A DNA stretch of 33,288 nucleotides from Choristocarpus tenellus KU-1152. Lineage: Eukaryota > Protista > Phaeophyceae. Made by a program: the position numbers and the translations under genes. Location of the stretch: NCBI GenBank assembly GCA_964200185.2, contig CAXNAD020000065.1, forward strand, positions 1 through 33,288. Reading direction: 5' to 3'. Below are positions 33,248 to 33,288 of the stretch, piece after piece; the stretch's first letter is position 1; each line of letters begins with the position of its first letter. The notes beneath the pieces were generated by a model. The model ran no database searches and was not told the DNA's origin. It saw nothing but the letters and a program-made list of their open reading frames with translations.

Positions 33248-33288
33248 TGGCTGGGCGCGCGACCCTCCACTAGCTGTTGCGGTCCAGC

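Noticed and set aside
1-33288. Prokaryotic operon, defence island or CRISPR array
   Set aside because: Low coding density, consistent GT-AG introns and no regularly spaced repeats.

Overview
Eukaryotic genomic DNA with spliceosomal GT-AG introns. Nearly the whole window is the internal part of one large + strand gene. I traced 33 exons (632..33182) by hand. Every donor/acceptor phase is consistent, giving one stop-free frame of 8,284 nt (about 2,761 codons) with neither start nor stop codon in the window. The protein is an RNF213 (mysterin)-like giant AAA+ ATPase / E3 ligase. It carries the family's dynein-like motifs in order (GDTGCGKS/IHLDE, AACNPYR, LVYRVHPL, VSLRDV, GKPGSSKS, QCSP, LLDEVGLAE, GISNWALDSAKMNR, YESLYDLLNQHY, PLLNRFEK). 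The E3 scaffold follows and ends at AYLPTM, the motif that directly precedes the RZ finger in RNF213. Where RNF213 has its RING finger, this protein has a Cys/His-free linker, so it looks like a RING-less RNF213 that probably relies on the RZ finger. Its style (many Gly/Ser-rich insertions, 0.2-3.5 kb introns) suggests a non-animal host, possibly a streptophyte alga or plant, but this is inference only. The introns contain two MITE-like inverted repeats, a possible decayed retroelement fragment, a duplicated decoy acceptor upstream of exon 22, and recurrent complementarity between intron ends. Most other ORFs in the track are intronic noise or shadows of exons. Comparisons with human RNF213 are from recalled motifs, not a run alignment.
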